Assembly: GCA_012521615.1 (NCBI GenBank)
Contig: JAAYMA010000058.1
Span: forward strand, 7,809-71,808
Source of the DNA: Clostridiaceae bacterium
Lineage (GTDB): Bacteria; Bacillota; Clostridia; DSM-8532
Direction of reading: 5' to 3'
DNA: 64,000 nucleotides
A program made the translations under genes and the position numbers. Below the pieces are notes generated by a model. It did no database searches. It had not been told where the DNA came from and was given only the letters and a program-made list of their open reading frames with translations. Shown in pieces: positions 60,185 to 64,000 of this stretch (within the stretch, counting starts at the first letter, position 1; the number at the start of each line of letters is the position of its first letter).

Positions 60185-61333
60185 CTATTTTGGTTTGGAA
60201 ATATACTTCATCGGATCCTGTCTTTCACCATTTATTCTTACTTCAAAATGGAGGTGTGGTCCGGTTGAAAGTCCGGTACTGCCAACTTTTGCAATGGTTT
60301 GACCGGCTTTTACTTTCTGACCTTCTTTTACAAGCAGTCCTCCGTTTTTAATGTGCAGATAAAGAGTGGTAACGCCGCCACCATGGTCTATTATCACTGT
60401 ATTACCCGATCCGCCGCTCCGCCATCCTGAAAAGATAACGGTGCCGCTGGCAGCAGCCACGATGTTTGCATTCATAGGAGCATTTATATCAACACCGCCG
60501 TGGAATTTGCGATATTTCAATATAGGATGGATTCTATAGCCGTAAGGTGAAGATATGCCATAGTATCCGGGGGTAGGCCAGGTCATGACACCACCGCTGT
60601 ATTTTGTCCCGCTTGAAGAAGCTCTTCTTATAATTTCAGTTAACGCCTGGGCTTCCTTTTCCAGTTCTTTCTCGGCCTTTTCCCAATATGCAACGTCTTG
60701 TTTACTCTTTGCGATTCTGTCTTCTGCTGCAGCACGGGAAACTTCAAGTTTTTCTATCTCTTTGAGACTTTCCTCCAGTTGCTGCAGTGCGTTTTGTTCT
60801 TCACGTTCTTTTAGTTGTTTGAGCTCTTCAATTTCATCCTGCTTGCTTTCAATGCTCTTCATTAAATCCTGATCAAACTTGGAAACCATCTGCATCATGT
60901 GAGCTTTTTTAAACATCTGGTCAAAATTATCACTGTTTAGAAGCTCATCCATACCTGCATTGGTTCTGGAATTTATATAAAGAACCACTAATCTTTCCTG
61001 GAATAGTTTCAACTGTTCTTCATATTCTTTCTCACACTGGGCAATTGCCTCTTCAAGAGTCTTGATTGCCTCTTCTATATCTTTAATCCGGGCCTCAATC
61101 TGGCTCTTCTCATATCCTTTCTGTTCCAGTTGCGCAATAATCTCCTGCCTGACCTTCTGATCATTCAGCAGTGTTTTTTGTGCTTCTTTCTTCTGTGCTG
61201 TTATGTTTTGCTTTTCTCTTTGCTTTTTCTGCAGCTCTTTCTGAAGATTTGACACATCAGCGGCAAATGAGCTGAATACTACACATATTAAAAGCACGAC
61301 ACAAGAAACTGCAGCAGAAACTTTCTTCATCAT
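60185..61333 (-). CDS. Coiled-coil M23 family metallopeptidase (EnvC-like murein hydrolase activator)
   Basis: Signal/TM segment, a long Glu/Lys-rich coiled coil, and a C-terminal LytM domain (HGGVDI...HLHFEV). Follows ftsEX. The ATG at 61333 has GGAGG 10 nt upstream. Confidence 0.85.
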   Translation of the reverse strand: MMKKVSAAVSCVVLLICVVFSSFAADVSNLQKELQKKQREKQNITAQKKEAQKTLLNDQKVRQEIIAQLEQKGYEKSQIEARIKDIEEAIKTLEEAIAQCEKEYEEQLKLFQERLVVLYINSRTNAGMDELLNSDNFDQMFKKAHMMQMVSKFDQDLMKSIESKQDEIEELKQLKEREEQNALQQLEESLKEIEKLEVSRAAAEDRIAKSKQDVAYWEKAEKELEKEAQALTEIIRRASSSGTKYSGGVMTWPTPGYYGISSPYGYRIHPILKYRKFHGGVDINAPMNANIVAAASGTVIFSGWRSGGSGNTVIIDHGGGVTTLYLHIKNGGLLVKEGQKVKAGQTIAKVGSTGLSTGPHLHFEVRINGERQDPMKYISKPK

Positions 61334-61455
61334 CTGTAAAGTGCCTCCGATCTTTTGCAAAAAAAATACTTGCACAGTAAAATTACCAATTAACTACTAA
61401 ATTAAGCTAACAATATTGTTACAATTTACCTAATTTATATTATAACCCCTCAGCC

Positions 61456-62370
61456 TTATACATTCAAGTGTTTTCTGACTGACATCATACTTCCTATTCC
61501 ACCAATTACTACACCGAAAATGGCATAGATAACAAAGATACGGAAAGCCACAGGAGCGAACTCCATCATTCTGAGGGTAGTGTAGCCAAGATTAAGAAGT
61601 ATTGAATTCAACATATGCTGGAGCCATTCATAAGCATGATGTGTGAGAAAATATGATATAAGCGCTCCAATAAACCCTATCAAAAGACCTTCCACGATAA
61701 ATGGCAGGCGTATAAACCCATCGAGAGCTCCCACATATTTCATTATCTCAATTTCGCGTCTTCGTGCATAAACAGTAAGTCGTATAGTATTGGATATCAG
61801 GAATATCGCGATAATGGACAGTACAACCAGCAGGAAAATAAGAACATAATTGAATGCCTTGAGTATTCCTTCAAGTCTTTCAAGCCTGTCCTTGTTATAT
61901 CCTATACCATATTCTGTGTTTACGCCCGAGAATTTGGTAAGATCTGAGATAACCTGATCGCTTAATTCAGGATCAGTAAGTTTTATGTAAAAAGATTCGG
62001 GCATATGTGCGGGAGTGAGTCCTTTTAACAAGGCTTCGTTTTTCAGCTCGTTTTTAATATTTTCAAAAGCCACTTCCCTTGACTCAAACCGATATTGGGA
62101 TACAACTCCCTCTTCTATCTTACTGTCTATGTACGTCGCAACTTCTTCACGCTCAAAATCAGTTGCAGAAACATTCAAAAATACAGTAATGTCCAAATCA
62201 CGCTTCATCACTTCTATATTGGATGTAAGATTAATAGCAAGAAGCAGGACTATACCCAGAAAGAACAGGGTGATGGCAACCGTGATTATGGAGGCTGTAG
62301 TCATCAGTTTGTTTTTGTAGATATTAGATGTACCTTCTTTGACAAGTAACTTAATAGTTCTAATTTTCAT
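61456..62370 (-). CDS. ftsX: Cell division permease-like protein FtsX
   Basis: 4 TM with a large extracellular loop. The ATG at 62370 overlaps the ftsE stop by 11 nt. Confidence 0.9.
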   Translation of the reverse strand: MKIRTIKLLVKEGTSNIYKNKLMTTASIITVAITLFFLGIVLLLAINLTSNIEVMKRDLDITVFLNVSATDFEREEVATYIDSKIEEGVVSQYRFESREVAFENIKNELKNEALLKGLTPAHMPESFYIKLTDPELSDQVISDLTKFSGVNTEYGIGYNKDRLERLEGILKAFNYVLIFLLVVLSIIAIFLISNTIRLTVYARRREIEIMKYVGALDGFIRLPFIVEGLLIGFIGALISYFLTHHAYEWLQHMLNSILLNLGYTTLRMMEFAPVAFRIFVIYAIFGVVIGGIGSMMSVRKHLNV

Positions 62371-63046
62371 TGATATATAGACCTTTCTTCTCATCACTCC
62401 TGAGCTCACCACGCTCAAGAATGAGAACTCTTTTTTTCATGGTATCAACAATATCTTTTTCATGGGTAGCAACAATCACAGTTGTTCCCCTCTGATTTAT
62501 TTCCTCGAGCAGATCCATTATTTCCCAAGACGTTTTAGGATCAAGATTTCCAGTTGGCTCGTCAGCAATAAGAACTGAAGGATTGTTGACAAGCGCCCGG
62601 GCAAGAGCAACTCTTTGCTGTTCGCCACCCGACAATTGATTAGGATATGCTTTTGCCTTTTTACTCAGTCCGACAAGTCCCAACGCAAGGGGAACCTGCC
62701 TCCTTATCTCCCTGGGAGATGCTTCAACAATTTGCATGGCAAAAGCTACATTTTCATAGGCTGTTTTATTTGGCAGCAGTCTGAAATCCTGAAAAACGAT
62801 TCCCAAACTGCGTCTGAGATGTGGTATTTCTGATCTGGGCATATTATGTATGCTATATCCATTAACATAAACTTCACCTGAGGTAGGTGCTTCTTCATGC
62901 ATTATCATCTTTAAAAAAGTGGATTTACCAGATCCACTTGCACCTATCACAAAGACAAATTCACCTTTTTCAACTCTGACTGTAACGTTTTTTAAACCAA
63001 CAACTCCGTTTGAATAAACCTTTGTTGCATCTACAAACCTAATCAT
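62360..63046 (-). CDS. ftsE: Cell division ATP-binding protein FtsE
   Basis: Walker A GASGSGKST, signature LSGGEQQR and Walker B LIADEPTG. 228 aa. Confidence 0.95.
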   Translation of the reverse strand: MIRFVDATKVYSNGVVGLKNVTVRVEKGEFVFVIGASGSGKSTFLKMIMHEEAPTSGEVYVNGYSIHNMPRSEIPHLRRSLGIVFQDFRLLPNKTAYENVAFAMQIVEASPREIRRQVPLALGLVGLSKKAKAYPNQLSGGEQQRVALARALVNNPSVLIADEPTGNLDPKTSWEIMDLLEEINQRGTTVIVATHEKDIVDTMKKRVLILERGELRSDEKKGLYINEN

Positions 63047-63078
63047 GAAATTCCCCCATTAAATAACGAGAAGGAATA

Positions 63079-63996
63079 CTATTTGGAAACCTCATCAAGA
63101 TATCTTTTTACCATCATGGCAACTTTAAAGTAAATAGCGTCATCAAATTTCCGCAAATCCATTCCCGTGATTTTTTGTATCTTATCCAGACGATACACCA
63201 GCGTATTGCGGTGTATAAAAAGCTGGCGGGATGTTTCACTGACATTAAGGTTGTTTTCAAAGAATTTCTGGATGGTCATCATTGTCTCAGAGTCAATTGT
63301 TTCAAGTACGCCCTCTTTAAACACTTCGTTCAGAAACAGACGGCAGAGGGTAGTGGGCAGCTGATAAATCAATCTGCCAATACCAAGATGATTATAATCC
63401 ACTATACTCTTTTCGGTTTCAAATATCTGACCTATTTTAAGAGCGGTTTGTGCATCTTTATATGAACGGGCAACATCACGCAGGCTTTGAGCCTCTGTGC
63501 CTATCCCGACTTTAGCTTTAATCATGAGTTCGCTGTTGAGTGTATCAATAATTATTCTTGCTTTTTTATAAATCTCTTCCTTGTCTTCACGCTCTTTGAG
63601 TTCTTTTACAAGAACAGTATTCTGGTCATCCAGGAGAATTATAAAATCCTTGTTGTTATTGGGAAACAGACTTTGAATCACATTATAAGCATATAATTCG
63701 CGGGTTTTCTCAGTGCGAATTAAATAAACAATTCTTCTGCAATCAATTTTAACTCTGAGTTCTTTAGCCCTGATGGTAATATCCCCGGGCAGAATGTTTC
63801 CTAAAAGAACATTTTTCATAAAATTATTACGATCATATTTTTCATCGTAATAAAGCTTGGCATTTTCCAAACTAATGGCAATAAGCTCTGCATATTTACT
63901 GCATTCAGCACTATCGCTCAGAAGATACAAAACATAATCATGCCGGCCATTGATTTCTATTTTTTTCATTGTTAATCCCGGCTTTTCAACATACAT
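63079..63996 (-). CDS. PucR/CdaR family transcriptional regulator (start uncertain; frame open to the window edge)
   Basis: C-terminal PucR-type HTH (NVSETSRQLFIHRNTLVYRLDKIQKITG). The ATG at 63996 is only 4 nt from the window end. Confidence 0.7.
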   Translation of the reverse strand: MYVEKPGLTMKKIEINGRHDYVLYLLSDSAECSKYAELIAISLENAKLYYDEKYDRNNFMKNVLLGNILPGDITIRAKELRVKIDCRRIVYLIRTEKTRELYAYNVIQSLFPNNNKDFIILLDDQNTVLVKELKEREDKEEIYKKARIIIDTLNSELMIKAKVGIGTEAQSLRDVARSYKDAQTALKIGQIFETEKSIVDYNHLGIGRLIYQLPTTLCRLFLNEVFKEGVLETIDSETMMTIQKFFENNLNVSETSRQLFIHRNTLVYRLDKIQKITGMDLRKFDDAIYFKVAMMVKRYLDEVSK

Positions 63997-64000
63997 TGCA

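Overview
The window reads as a conserved core chromosomal segment of an AT-rich, endospore-forming anaerobic Firmicute (Clostridia-like). I support about 66 protein genes, 59 of them on the minus strand, with almost no unexplained space.

Minus-strand gene order, listed by ascending window coordinate (so each operon appears in reverse of its transcription order):
- trpS (partial), an M50 protease, dgkA, ybeY, a PgpH-like HD protein, phoH, yqfD, yqfC, pdaA
- two DUF881 genes, an HD-GYP protein, ligA, an amidase, gpr
- the complete spoIIIAA-AH operon, a PrsA-like protein, mfd, uvrC, an HPr-like protein
- rnfCDGEAB, type III glutamine synthetase, gatCAB, rlmB, mrnC, leuS, rsfS, a CPBP protease
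- tlyA, dxs, oapA, OLE RNA, DUF212, ispA, xseB, xseA, nusB
- a methyltransferase, a SASP, a Ctp protease, an M23 peptidase, ftsX, ftsE, and a PucR-type regulator

Plus-strand genes are rpsT, a DUF192 gene, a four-gene Na+-pumping oxaloacetate-decarboxylase-type cluster, and a small membrane protein.

The standout is a 617-nt ORF-free, GC-enriched, heavily structured element at 53800..54416 (minus). Its size and its ispA/oapA/dxs context match the known OLE (ornate, large, extremophilic) RNA class. It is rare and functionally unresolved, but it is not a new class.

Secondary observations:
- RnfG carries a tandemly duplicated FMN-binding domain.
- Two Rex-like operators sit in the 693-nt rnf/oad divergent region.
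- The HPr homologue lacks His15.
- A candidate ~115-nt sRNA lies between rlmB and gatC.
- spoIIIAA and spoIIIAB overlap unusually far.
- The PrsA-like protein has a degenerate parvulin domain.

I saw no CRISPR array, mobile element, rRNA/tRNA gene or defence-type gene, and I cannot support a claim of a genuinely undescribed multi-gene system here. All homology calls come from reading the translated ORFs by eye. No database search was run.
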